Shown here one piece after another: positions 41,136-53,413 of a stretch of DNA of 64,000 nt. Each line of letters starts with the position of its first letter. Position 1 is the first letter of the stretch. The notes beneath the pieces are model-generated. The model saw nothing but the letters and a program-made list of their open reading frames with translations, did not search any database and was not told the DNA's origin. This DNA is from Eledone cirrhosa (taxonomy: Eukaryota), in the NCBI GenBank assembly GCA_964016885.1, contig OZ024758.1, positions 9,920,001-9,984,000 on the forward strand. The letters are read 5' to 3'. Made by a program: the position numbers and the translations under genes.

Positions 41136-41382
41136 GGGCGGTGGATTGGCAGTATCGGTAGAGGGTCGGACGCCATGCTTTCCAGCATAGTTACGTCCCT
41201 TTACGATCTGAGTTCAAATCCCGCCGAGGTTGACTTTGCCTTTCATCCTTACGGGGTCGATAAAATAAAGTACCAGTAATGCACTGGGTAATTGCTGGCC
41301 TTGAGCCAAAAGTAGAAACAATTATTATATAGGGCGGTGGATTGGCAGTATCGGTAGAGTACCTTGTGCCTAAAGTAGAAAC
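41136..41382 (+). mobile_element. Full SINE plus a tandem internally deleted mini-copy
   Basis: 41136-41319 is full length; 41332-41382 joins head to tail; outer flanks ATTATCATTATTA. Confidence 0.85.
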
Positions 41383-41969
41383 AATTATCATTATTATTTT
41401 ACTATTAAGATTCAAATCCTACTGAGGTTAGCTTTGCCTTTCATACTTACGGACGGAGTCAATAAAATAAAGTACCGCACACAAACTCACATATACATTC
41501 CCACGCCTACATACACAAACGCACAGTCATACACTCACACCATGCTTTGCCGTCCAGATAGCTAACAGTGTTTATGAATAAAGGTTTATACATCTGCTCT
41601 GCCTGAGTTATATTTCACAAGACCTCTTTTCCAGATTACATTCAATAAAGCGACATATTAAACTTGTAATCGCTGGCTCTGCAATGGTTAATGTATCTTG
41701 ACCACGAATAATTCGAAGCACTTATGACATGAGGCGAATTATCGACTTCTTTTACTGCATCGTCTGACACTCAAACAACTCGGCTACCTGAGGTTTTCCA
41801 ATAATATCAATTATCTCAGTATGATATCGATTAATAATTTTAAAGCATCTGTAACGATTTTCGAATAAAAAAATTCACATTTTGGACACGGACAATTTAT
41901 ATGAAGAAATCTGTGCACAATATTTTTGAAATGACAATTTCTGTCTACGTATACATGTATAAATAAGAC

Positions 41970-42252
41970 TAGGGAAGAGGGCTAATCCGTCGGGGTGTAT
42001 ACAATCTCCACGGTCGAGGCCAGTTGGCTTCAGTTGTGACGGGAAGCTAGCTGCGCTGAGGCTTCTCTTGATGATGTCGTTCAGAGCGGCGTGTCGGGGT
42101 AACCGGCATGTGCTAAATTAGCATGATAGCGGGTGGAGGCCAAACTTGCAAACAACAGCCCCACTACGACATCTGAGTGGCTCACACGCGCGAAGGCCGA
42201 GTTGCTGGGCTTACTACGCCAATGCGAGTGCACTCATCAACAAAATAGGTAC
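41970..42252 (+). mobile_element. GC-rich possible CR1/L2-type LINE fragment
   Basis: CWAYYANASALINKIG resembles the APE endonuclease N-terminal Y.NA.SL.NK motif. Confidence 0.35.
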
Positions 42253-42949
42253 CTGTTGATGAGAAGGACACCAAATTGAGCCATGCATCGCTGTTTGGTT
42301 GAGAAGCTTTAAAAGATACTCCGAACGAGTTATGTACACAAACCACTAACATCATCTCCGCTATCATAACCATCACCATCATCGCTACCATCACTACCAT
42401 CACTCAAAATTCATTTATCTCACAAGAGATACTGGAGTTTTAGGAGCTGTCGAAACGCGATCGCTCCACGTTTCAGAAATAGAAGCCAGATTCTCCTAAA
42501 AAAAATGGAAGAATGTAGTCCTAAATACAATATTCCTGAAAATAAGACGGGTTGGTCGTGGTTGGGATATCTTTGAACTTATGTTTACTTAATCAAAGCT
42601 CATTTGGTGGTAAACATCACCGCCAAGAACAATTGATACATTGTATAAAACCAACCAGACAGAGATGTCTGCAGAAAATACACAGTCTAAAAACAACTTT
42701 AACTGCAGTTTACGACATTTTCTAAATTCTCAAAACGTTCTTTAGACAACCTACGGTTTTGACGAGCGTATGTATGTGAGGTGGAGTAGGGAAGGATTAT
42801 CAACCCTCGTGTTAAAAAATAACTCACGATATTCGCTAGTGATTTTATGAAAACATACGATAACAATTACTGAACAATAGATGTTTGTATGCAGTTGCTA
42901 ACATTTTAAATAATTCTTTGTACATACACCTTGCAGTTTGTGTGGTAAA

Positions 42950-43640
42950 GAAATTACCCAACGTAAACCACCTAGGTGGATAACAAATACAAACGAAAGT
43001 ATGAAAACACAATCTATTTTTTCTGAAGAAAAACAAAATGATGAAGATATATGAGAATTCTACACTCCAAACATTTGAAGGAATATTAATTAATATCTTT
43101 AAGACATGAACTTCAAAATTTCCAATACCAGAAATGGCTACGTTAACAAGCCTTCGTTAACCACAGGCTTACATCTAACATACGAAATGTATTCTGGAAA
43201 GTGAAAGAAAACAATATTTCCTTGAAATAGTAAAACTCATTAAAAACTTCGTCGACAATGCACGTAAGGAGTATTGTACTAGTATCTACAATAAAACGTA
43301 CACCATAAATTCAGAAAATATTCAGAAAAATGTATAGAAATTGCTGCAACGTATCTGTAAGAGATTTAGTTGTTTGGTAGTTGTTGTACGACATGTTGAA
43401 GTTTTACAGAAGCCATTAACCAGTATATTTAGAAGGACTATGTAAGGCCAAATTGACATGGCTTGCTATACGTAACACGGACAATATTCTATGAAAAACA
43501 TCGAGTAGCTGAAAACTATAGACAATTGATTGCTTAAACATTGTGTATAAGCATTTAACTGCACCGCTAAATTCTTCAAAGGACATTGCGTATCCTAGAA
43601 GGTAATTACAGATGGAGTTAGCCAGTAGAAAGAAATCTTT
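42950..43640 (+). pseudogene. Heavily decayed RLE-type (R4/Dong-like) LINE RT
   Basis: AENYR..CLNIVYKHLT..LN across frameshifts at ~43508-43575. Confidence 0.4.
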
Positions 43641-44420
43641 CTGCGTAAAATAAACAAAAATGTCGCAGAAACCTTTTGACAGTAGGATTGGAAAGGTATT
43701 TCATTAATTCTCTAAATTTGACTGCTGAAAGAATGCCCTTGGCATAAATACTACACCAAAATCTACCGTAGTTGATGCATCACAATGCTTACAAAAATTT
43801 CGTTAACTACTATGAATCTTGCAACAATTCTTAGTGATGTTATAAATTTTCAAAAGTAATATTCCAAAGAATCATTCATTCTATGCTTTATTTATTTTGA
43901 AACTAAATCTACAAGAATCATGTAAATTACATCCAGTTATATTTAAGATTTAGATTGATGAATACTTCTAGATAATTCATTAATTCAAAGATTCGAGTTT
44001 ACTCTTTCGCAAAGCTATGCCCAAATGTATAGTTCTGTATAGATATATATAATTCATCCCTCCCTATGTTTTACACTATAAAAATTATTCCTCTTTGTCT
44101 CTCTTTCCTTGATCAATTTCTCTTTTGCTCTCTATACTTCTACTAGTTATATTATCCCCTCATCTGTTTTCTCTCTGTCTTTCTTTTTTATTTCCTCTTT
44201 CTTCAATAATTTAAATTATTTGAATCTCTAACAGTTATGTAAATTGCTGTTATGTATTTTTAAGCTTTCTCACAAGCACCCTCTGTATTATATGTATTAT
44301 ATGTAAGTTTTATCATGTCTCAATCTTAAGGTATATAAATATTGAGTTTTCTCATATCTTACTCACTACCATGACTGAATCTTAACCATCTACTGTGTCA
44401 GGGTATGTCATGCATCATCT

Positions 44421-44487
44421 TATTTTATCTGATGAGGACGTACTGTTGAAGTTAGCTCAGTACCTCTGAAATATGTATAATAAAATA
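44421..44487 (+). ncRNA. Type I hammerhead motif (C-C family)
   Basis: Same as 8226-8292; the differences fall only in the stem II loop. Confidence 0.75.
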
Positions 44488-44585
44488 TACTTGATCACAA
44501 GAATTGTCTATTTTTGTTAATATTTTGAATTAATATATATATATATATATTTATTTATATAAAATACACACACACACATATATAC

Positions 44586-44662
<77 letters not shown>

Positions 44663-44825
44663 ATATACAAAGATTCCATTTAAAGATATATCGAATTTTT
44701 CTCTGAAGTGTTTCAGGAAATATTTTTGTGATGCAAAATATATAATAAAAAAATATTAAAAAAACAAAAACAAAACAGAAAAACGAAACTATTATCGATT
44801 GTGCATTCAGTGAGCCTCTTTCTTG

Positions 44826-45400
44826 TTTCCTTCCACACTTTCTTCCTTGCTTTCTTCCACACTTTCTTCCTTGCTTTCTTTCTTCCTTGCTTTCTTCTAC
44901 ATTTTCTTCCTTGCTTTCTTCTACACTTTCTTCCTTGCTTTCTTCCACACTTTCTTCCTTGCTTTCTTCTACACTTTCTTCCTTGCTTTCTTCTACACTT
45001 TCTTTCTTGCTTTCTTCCACACTTTCTTCCTTGCTTTCTTCCACACTTTCTTCCTTGCTTTCTTCTACACTTTCTTCCTTTCTTTCTTCCACACTTTCTT
45101 CCTTGCTTTCTTCTACATTTTCTTCCTTGCTTTCTTCTACACTTTCTTCCTTGCTTTCTTCCACACTTTCTTCCTTGCTTTCTTCCACACTTTCTTCCTT
45201 GCTTTCTTCCACACTTTCTTCCTTGCTTTCTTCTACACTTTCTTCTTTGCTTTCTTCTACACTTTCTTCCTTGCTTTCTTCTACACTTTCTTCCTTGCTT
45301 TCTTCTACACTTTCTTCCTTGCTTTCTTCTACACTTTCTTCCTTTCTTTCTTCCACACTTTCTTCCTTGCTTTCTTCCTTGCTTTCTTCCACACTTTCTT
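44826..45400. repeat. 24-bp pyrimidine-rich minisatellite followed by (CT)n/(CTAT)n
   Basis: TTCCTTGCTTTCTTC[T/C]ACACTTTC units. Confidence 0.95.
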
Positions 45401-45552
45401 TCTTTTATTCTTGCTTTCTTTGTTTGTTTCTTTCTATTTACATCTTTCTTTTTCTATTTTTCTTGCTTCCTTTCTCTCTTTTACTCTCTCTCTCTCTCTC
45501 TCTTTCTCTCTTTTACTCTCTCTCTCTCTCTCTCTTTCTCTCTTTCTCACTC

Positions 45553-45627
<75 letters not shown>

Positions 45628-46407
45628 CTATCTATCGTTCTTTCCCTCTCCATCTTTCCATCTTTTTTTATCTTTTTCTTTTTCCTTTCTATCTTTCTTT
45701 TCTCTTTGACCCCCCTCCCCTCTATATATATATATAATTATTAGAGCACTCTTCTTTCCTTTACCGTTTCTACGGAAATACTTAACACACACACACACAC
45801 GCACACGCACACACACACAACACACACTCTCACACACACACATACATATAGAGTTTTTATTATTGGAATCCTTGCGTGAACCTCGATATTTTCTTGTTCA
45901 ATGTCTCGCTAGATAGAATCCAATATTTGCACAATAATTTTCATACCAATTTTTAGAGACGTAAAAACAAATAATGTATGAAATAAAATTATGAAAAAGT
46001 CTATCGATGAGTGAACATCGAAGTTGTATTGGATATAATTTAATCAGAGTAAAGCTTCGCTTCGAATTTAACTGTCTCTGTCACTTGAAATCAATTGTTC
46101 ACGCGAAATTTAATGCCGGCGTTTCATGTCACGTGGTAGTAACTCACTCACGAAGCAGGGTGATAATGAAATCATAGGGGAAAAAAAAATTCGATAAACA
46201 ACAAAAAAGGAATAAAATAATACTGAATAAAATACAAAATCAAAAGAAAAGAAAATATAGGAGAATCTTCATCTTCCTACACCACACAGAAGCCACACCC
46301 ATATAAGTCTCGAATAGTGTCTTATAAAATTAATTTGCATACTTGCAAGTGGATGGGCGGTACATGAATAATTTAGTAGTTGAAAAATCTGTTGCGTCTG
46401 ATCTGGA

Positions 46408-47774
46408 AGATGTTGTTCTGCTAAATGCCGTCTCCAGCTGCACGACATTCAACAACAGATGTTGTTCTGCTAAATGCCGTCTCCAGCTGCACTACACTCA
46501 ACAACAGATGTTGTTCTGCTAAATGCCGTCTCCAGCTGCACGACATTCAACAACAGATGTTCTGCTAAATGCCGTCTCCAGCTGCACTACACTCAACAAC
46601 AGATGTTGTTCTGCTAAATGCCGTCTCCAGCTGCACGACATTCAACAACAGATGTTGTTCTGCTAAATGCCGTCTCCAGCTGCACTACACTCAACAACAG
46701 ATGTTGTTCTGCTAAATGCCGTCTCCAGCTGCACGACATTCAACAACAGATGTTGTTCTGCTAAATGCCGTCTCCAGCTGCACTACACTCAACAACAGAT
46801 GTTGTTCTGCTAAATGCCGTCTCCAGCTGCACGACATTCAACAACAGATGTTCTGCTAAATGCCGTCTCCAGCTGCACTACACTCAACAACAGATGTTGT
46901 TCTGCTAAATGCCGTCTCCAGCTGCACTACACTCAACAACAGATGTTGTTCTGCTAAATGCCGTCTCCAGCTGCACGACATTCAACAACAGATGTTGTTC
47001 TGCTAAATGCCGTCTGCAGCTGCACGACACTCAACAACAGATGTTGTTCTGCTAAATGCCGTCTCCAGCTGCACGACATTCAACAACAGATGTTCTGCTA
47101 AATGCCGTCTCCAGCTGCACTACACTCAACAACAGATGTTGTTCTGCTAAATGCCGTCTCCAGCTGCACTACACTCAACAACAGATGTTGTTCTGCTAAA
47201 TGCCGTCTCCAGCTGTACTACACTCAACAACAGATGTTGTTCTGCTAAATGCCGTCTCCAGCTGCACTACACTCAACAACAGATGTTGTTCTGCTAAATG
47301 CCGTCTCCAGCTGCACTACACTCAACAACAGATGTTGTTCTGCTAAATGCCGTCTCCAGCTGCACTACACTCAACAACAGATGTTGTTCTGCTAAATGCC
47401 GTCTCCAGCTGCACTACACTCAACAACAGATGTTGTTCTGCTAAATGCCGTCTCCAGCTGCACTACACTCAACAACAGATGTTGTTCTGCTAAATGCCGT
47501 CTCCAGCTGCACTACACTCAACAACAGATGTTGTTCTGCTAAATGCCGTCTCCAGCTGCACTACACTCAACAACAGATGTGGTTCTGCTAAATGCCGTCT
47601 CCAGCTGCACTACACTCAACAACAGATGTTGTTCTGCTAAATGCCGTCTCCAGCTGCACTACACTTAACAACAGATGTTGTTCTGCTAAATGCCGTCTCC
47701 AGCTGCACTACACTCAACAACAGATGTTGTTCTGCTAAATGCCGTCTCCAGCTGCACTACACTCAACAACAGAT
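46408..47774. repeat. 49-bp minisatellite (~28 units)
   Basis: GATGTTGTTCTGCTAAATGCCGTCTCCAGCTGCAC[T/G]ACA[C/T]TCAACAACA. Confidence 0.95.
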
Positions 47775-48104
47775 ATTTATTCTTATCTTCATGTATCATT
47801 ATCATTATATTCTCGCAACTGGTGCAGCCAGTTGATGGGGTGTCACTCTAGACGCTTTTGCACTCAGTCGTCGCCATTATTCTCTAATCTCCGTCATGCG
47901 CAGTTCAGTTTTTGATGTTGTTGGACCAGGATTTTCTTTGTCTATCACTTCATCATGTAAAGAACTAAAAGAAAGGATACATCATATGATGTATGTCTAA
48001 ATATGTGTACAATATAAACTGTAGTGTCCCTACAGGGTAGAAATAAGTATTTATACATGAGAATATGATATCTCCCTATCTGAAGTTTGTATCATATTAT
48101 ATTC

Positions 48105-48440
48105 CAAACCCAAAATCCAGGGCCTTCTCACTCCTGGTTGACCTCCACCACTTCCTATCTCTGGTTATATTGGGCCATGTGGGGGCCGAGGTACCGGGTC
48201 AGATCGTCGTGCCATCTGGCCGTCCTCTGGTTCTTCTCCACTGCCTTGATGTCTACTCTGTCACTCTAATAGACCACCTGTTGTCTCTGACACGAGAGAC
48301 GTGCCTCGTCCATCTGTGTTTGCCCTTTTTGATGCTCTCTGCTATGTCCTTCACGCCAGACTGCTGTCCAATCCAGGTGTTGCTCTTCCTCTCCCGTAAG
48401 ATGATGCCGAGCATGATTAACTGACCGTCACTAACCTCCA
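48105..48440 (-). pseudogene. RTE-clade LINE ORF C-terminal fragment
   Basis: MLGIILRERKSNTWIGQQSGVKDIAESIKKGKHRWTRHVSRVRDNRWSIRVTE*..RTRGRP. Confidence 0.8.
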
Positions 48441-48462
48441 CTCAGTATTTAGTTTACAATAT

Positions 48463-48647
48463 GGCGGTGAATTGGCAGTATCGGTAGAGGGTCGGACGCC
48501 ATGCTTTGACGCATAGAGTTACGGCCCTTGCCATTCTGAGTTCAAATCCCGCCGAGGTTAACTTTGCCTTTCATCCTTACGGGGTCGATAAAATAAAGTA
48601 CCAGTAATACACTGGGTAATTGCTGGCCTTGTGCCAATAGTAGAAAC
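48463..48647 (+). mobile_element. Full-length SINE with 17-bp TSD
   Basis: TSD AGTATTTAGTTTACAAT at 48444-48460 and 48649-48665. Confidence 0.93.
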
Positions 48648-48710
48648 AAGTATTTAGTTTACAATTTGTGGTGGGTTCTTAATCAATATATACAAGGTAT
48701 ATCACAACGC

Positions 48711-49720
48711 AATCGGATTGTTCTTTTTCATATACCCCCAAAAAAATCATACAGAGTGTATCAAATTCAATTTTAAAATCGGATGATTCTTTTTCATATA
48801 CCCCCCAAAAAATCATACAGAGTGTATCAAATTCAATTTTAAAATCGGATGATTCTTTTTCATATACCCCCAAAAAATCATACAGAGTGTACCAAATTCA
48901 ATTTTAAAATCGGATGATTCTTTTTCATATACCCCCAAAAAATCATACAGAGTGTATCAAATTCAATTTTAAAATCGGATGATTCTTTTTCATATACCCC
49001 CAAAAAATCATACAGAGTGTACCAAATTCAATTTTAAAATCGGATGATTCTTTTTCATATACCCCCAAAAAATCATACAGAGTGTATCAAATTCAATTTT
49101 AAAATCGGATGATTCTTTTTCATATACTCCCAAAAAATCATACAGAGTGTATCAAATTCAATTTTAAAATCGGATGATTCTTTTTCATATACCCGCAAAA
49201 AATCATACAGAGTGTATCAAATTCAATTTTAAAATCGGATGATTCTTTTTCATATACTCCCAAAAAATCATACAGAGTGTATCAAATTCAATTTTAAAAT
49301 CGGATGATTCTTTTTCATATACCCCCAAAAAATCATACAGAGTGTACCAAATTCAATTTTAAAATCGGATGATTCTTTTTCATATACCCCCAAAAAATCA
49401 TACAGAGTGTATCAAATTCAATTTTAAAATCGGATGATTCTTTTTCATATACCCCAAAAAAATCATACAGAGTGTATCAAATTCAATTTTAAAATCGGAT
49501 GATTCTTTTTCATATACCCCCAAAAAATCATACAGAGTGTATCAAATTCAATTTTAAAATCGGATGATTCTTTTTCATACACTCTGTATGATTTTTTGGG
49601 GGTGTATGAAAAAGAATCATCCGATTTTAAAATTGAATTTGATACACTCTGTATGATTTTTTGGGGGTGTATCAAATTCAATTTTAAAATCGGATGATTC
49701 TTTTTCATACAGCCTGTATA
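48711..49720. repeat. 65-bp satellite (~15 units), Tc1/mariner-TIR-like, with internal inversion
   Basis: Period 65; minus-strand end reads TA|CAGGCTGTATGAAAAAGAATCATCCGATTT. Confidence 0.9.
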
Positions 49721-49722
49721 TA

Positions 49723-49850
49723 CAGAGTGAGTCGTAAGTAATCCGGCAGTCAATGTATATTTACATTGCAAGGTTCACAAATAGCTTTTTGAACATCCGC
49801 TTCAAAATATATTGAGGAACGGGGTCAGCTTTTAGAACATTTACTTTAAG
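49723..49850 (+). mobile_element. Tc1/mariner-like remnant
   Basis: TA|CAGAGTGAGTC start; YIEERGQLLEHLL* resembles a transposase C-terminus. Confidence 0.4.
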
Positions 49851-50256
49851 CATATTTTTTAACTAATTTTGTTTAATATATTTATAATGTCGTACTGTAT
49901 GACCAGAATTTTAGTAAATATTATCATTTGGAATATAAATGTTGGACTGGCCGTTTACTTATGACTCTCCCTGTAGAATTATTTGCGAAAGTCATTCCAT
50001 ACATCACTACCGAAAAGCATTATCTAACTCATGTCATTGGCACATATCACTACTTTTTTCCTGACGACTTTAATTATGATATATATATCTATTTATGCAT
50101 GAATCTATATTTATATAAATTTCACATTATACATTTATAATGGAATACAGACAGGCTAGCAGATTGGTCAGCTCTCTGCGTGTGCAATAGTTTAACTATC
50201 TACTTCATCACGCAATTGTATTTATGATAATGGTTATTCAAATAAATAGACACATT

Positions 50257-50301
<45 letters not shown>

Positions 50302-50304
50302 TAT

Positions 50305-50339
<35 letters not shown>

Positions 50340-50384
50340 GATATATATATATACACACACATATATATATATATATATATACAT

Positions 50385-50423
<39 letters not shown>

Positions 50424-51048
50424 TATATATATATATATACATTATATATAATATATATATATATACACATATATATACAATATATATATATTATATATAT
50501 ATATATATACATATATATACATATATATATACACACACATATATATGTATATATATATATACATATGTATATATATATACACACACATATATATGTATAT
50601 ATATATACATATGTATATACACACACACACACACACACATATATATATGTATTTATATATATATTTATATATATATTGGTCTTCAGCAGTCGAAATGGAC
50701 GTACGCAGTTTCGATCCCGACTGATGGTATTGCTGGTTCATCCGACATCACAGTGTCTGACAAGCACTGTCCTTGGGGGGTATTAAGATGAAAACAAAAG
50801 AAAACTTACGTGTATAGAATTAAATGTGCGACATAATGTCGTCGTACAACACATGACAAAACGGGCCAGTTAGACCTGGAGACAAAGATACAAAGAGACA
50901 TGGAGAAACGAAGAAAAGGTGACGCACAGAGGAGATATTTCTGTGTATATCTTTGTCTCCAAATCTTTCTCTTTTCGTCACGTATTATGCGACTTAAATC
51001 TGAACTTCAATATACGGTTTTGGAGAATTGTCGTTCTATAGTTTGTTT

Positions 51049-51446
51049 TGGCAGTATCGGTAGAGGGTTGGACGCCATGCTTTCTAGCATAGTTACGTCC
51101 CTTTACAGTCTGAGTTCAAATCCCGCCGAGGTTAACTTTGCCTTTCATCCTTACCGGGTCGATAAAATAAAGTACCAGTAATGTACTGGGTAATTGCTGG
51201 CCTTGTGCCTAAAGTAGAAACAATTATTCTATCTCGTAATGTATCTCGCTCGTAAGGGGCGGTGAATTGGCTGTATCAGTAGAGGGTCGGACGCCATGCT
51301 TTCCAGCATAGTTACGTCCCTTTACGGTCTGAGTTCAAATCCCGCCGAGGTTAACTTTGCCTTTCATCCTTACGGGGTCGATAAAATAAAGTACCAGTAA
51401 TACACTGGGTTAATTGCTGGCCTGGCCTTGTGCCAAAAGTAGAAAC
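51049..51446 (+). mobile_element. Two tandem SINE copies
   Basis: 51049-51221 and 51257-51446. Confidence 0.9.
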
Positions 51447-51790
51447 AATTATTGTATTTCGTGATAGATGTTAGCATCTTACCTATCTCATCCTCTTTTT
51501 ATTTATTGTAACTTTCCTAGTCATTACATTGTGAAGTCTCTGAATTTGATCTACTCTATAAAAACTCATATTACTTATATACATAAAAAAAAAAATAACT
51601 TTGCTTATTTTCATACTTGTTAAGCGAACCTTGTCCGGACTTTGGTACCCTCCCCCCACGCGCGCGCACACACACGCATACCCCCCACTCTCAAGCGTGA
51701 AACTAATAATAATATTTGCACTGCCTCTTCGCTTCCAAGTTTTTTGTTGTTGTTTTTTTTGTTCTTTTGTTCTGTTTACTTCAAAAATGT

Positions 51791-51826
<36 letters not shown>

Positions 51827-51848
51827 CATATACATACATATATATATC

Positions 51849-51881
<33 letters not shown>

Positions 51882-52369
51882 TTAGAGAGAGAGAGAGAGA
51901 AAGAAAGAAGGTTAGAGAATTTGCTACAAATCTTAAATTTCACGAGTGACTGATTTATCATTATTCTCTCGTCAGAGACATAAAGATGTCTGCCTTGTTT
52001 TCAACTAATAATTGTCTATTTGATACGGTTCTGCTCTGAAGTATGTTTATTTCTTATGTCTGTGATTACACACATATTTGTTAAAATTTCTGTTTCAGAT
52101 TGCATCACAATTTTCATTCATTTATCATCACAAAGCTGTATCAGTATCTTGTAACTATTTGTTTCTCAGCTCTACGTGATCATTCGATCTGCCAGAAATT
52201 GGCTTTTTTTTCTCTCTTTCTTTTCAATTCTTTTCATTTTCTTATTCAGGCTGAAAACCTTTGGACTTTCCCCATCTCTTCTCTCTCTCCCTATCTCGCT
52301 CACACACACACAGACACACACACACACGCACATACATGCACACACACACACACATATATATATATAATT

Positions 52370-52462
52370 GTTTCTACTTTTGGCACAAGGCCAGCAATTA
52401 CTCAGTACATTACTGGTACTTTATTTTATCGACCCCGTAAGGATGAAAGGCAAAGTTAACCT
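52370..52462 (-). mobile_element. 5'-truncated SINE
   Basis: Tail and central domain only. Confidence 0.85.
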
Positions 52463-52751
52463 ATATATATATAATGAGTATATATGTGTGTATGCGCATG
52501 TGAATGCTTTACTGCATGTCTGTGTGGGAAAAATGTTATTAAATAAATTAGTAATAACCTTATTCAATTTAGTACTCATTACTTTAAGGAAAGTAGAATA
52601 TAGATAATACATATAGGCTTTACGGTTAAGCTTTACCGTTTCGATTGTAAAAATGGGAAATCAAAATGAAATGGTGTGTATTAATTTCTCCGATGACCAT
52701 CTCATCGGGGGCAGAATTATACCTCCAGTGATGGGGAGATACCTGGAGAAG

Positions 52752-53413
52752 TTGATGAGGAAAGTAATAATGGTTTCTACTTTTTGGCACAAGGCCAGCA
52801 ATTATCCCAGTGTATTACTGGTACTTTATTTTATCGACCCCGTAAGGATGAAAGGCAAAGTTAACCTCGGCGGGATTTGAACTCAGTCCGTAAAGGGACG
52901 TAACTGTGCTGCAAAGCATGGCGTCCGACCCTCCACCGATACTGCCAATCCACCGCCCTTGATGAGGAAAGTAATAATGGTTTCTACTTTTTGGCACAAG
53001 GCCAGCAATTATCCCAGTGCATTACTGGTACTTTATTTTATCGACCCCGTAAGGATGAAAGGCAAAGACAACCTCGGCGGGATTTGAACTCAGATCGTAA
53101 TGAGGAAAGTAATAATTGTTTCTACTTTTGGCACAAGGCCAGCAATTACCCAGTGTATTACTGGTACTTGAGGAAAGTAATAATGTTTCTGATTTAGACG
53201 CCAACAATTTCGGTGGAAGGGAAAGCTGATTAAATCGACTCCAGTGCATTACTCGTACTTTATCTTATCGATCCTGTGAGGATGAAAAGCAAAGCTAACA
53301 TCGGCAGGATTTGAACTCGGATCGTAAAGGGGCGTAATCCTATGTTATAAAGCATGGTGTCCGACGCTCTACTGGTATTGCCAGTCCACCGCCCTGATGA
53401 GGAAAGTAATAAT
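52752..53413 (-). mobile_element. Array of four SINEs separated by five copies of one target sequence
   Basis: Spacer TGAGGAAAGTAATAAT ends at 52771, 52978, 53116, 53184 and 53413. Confidence 0.9.

Noticed and set aside
44517-45744. ~300-aa EESKEESV / FLPCFLLH ORFs
   Set aside because: A 24-bp tandem repeat open in several frames on both strands; no coding evidence
50678-50750. Type II-like hammerhead order on the minus strand
   Set aside because: Stem II cannot close
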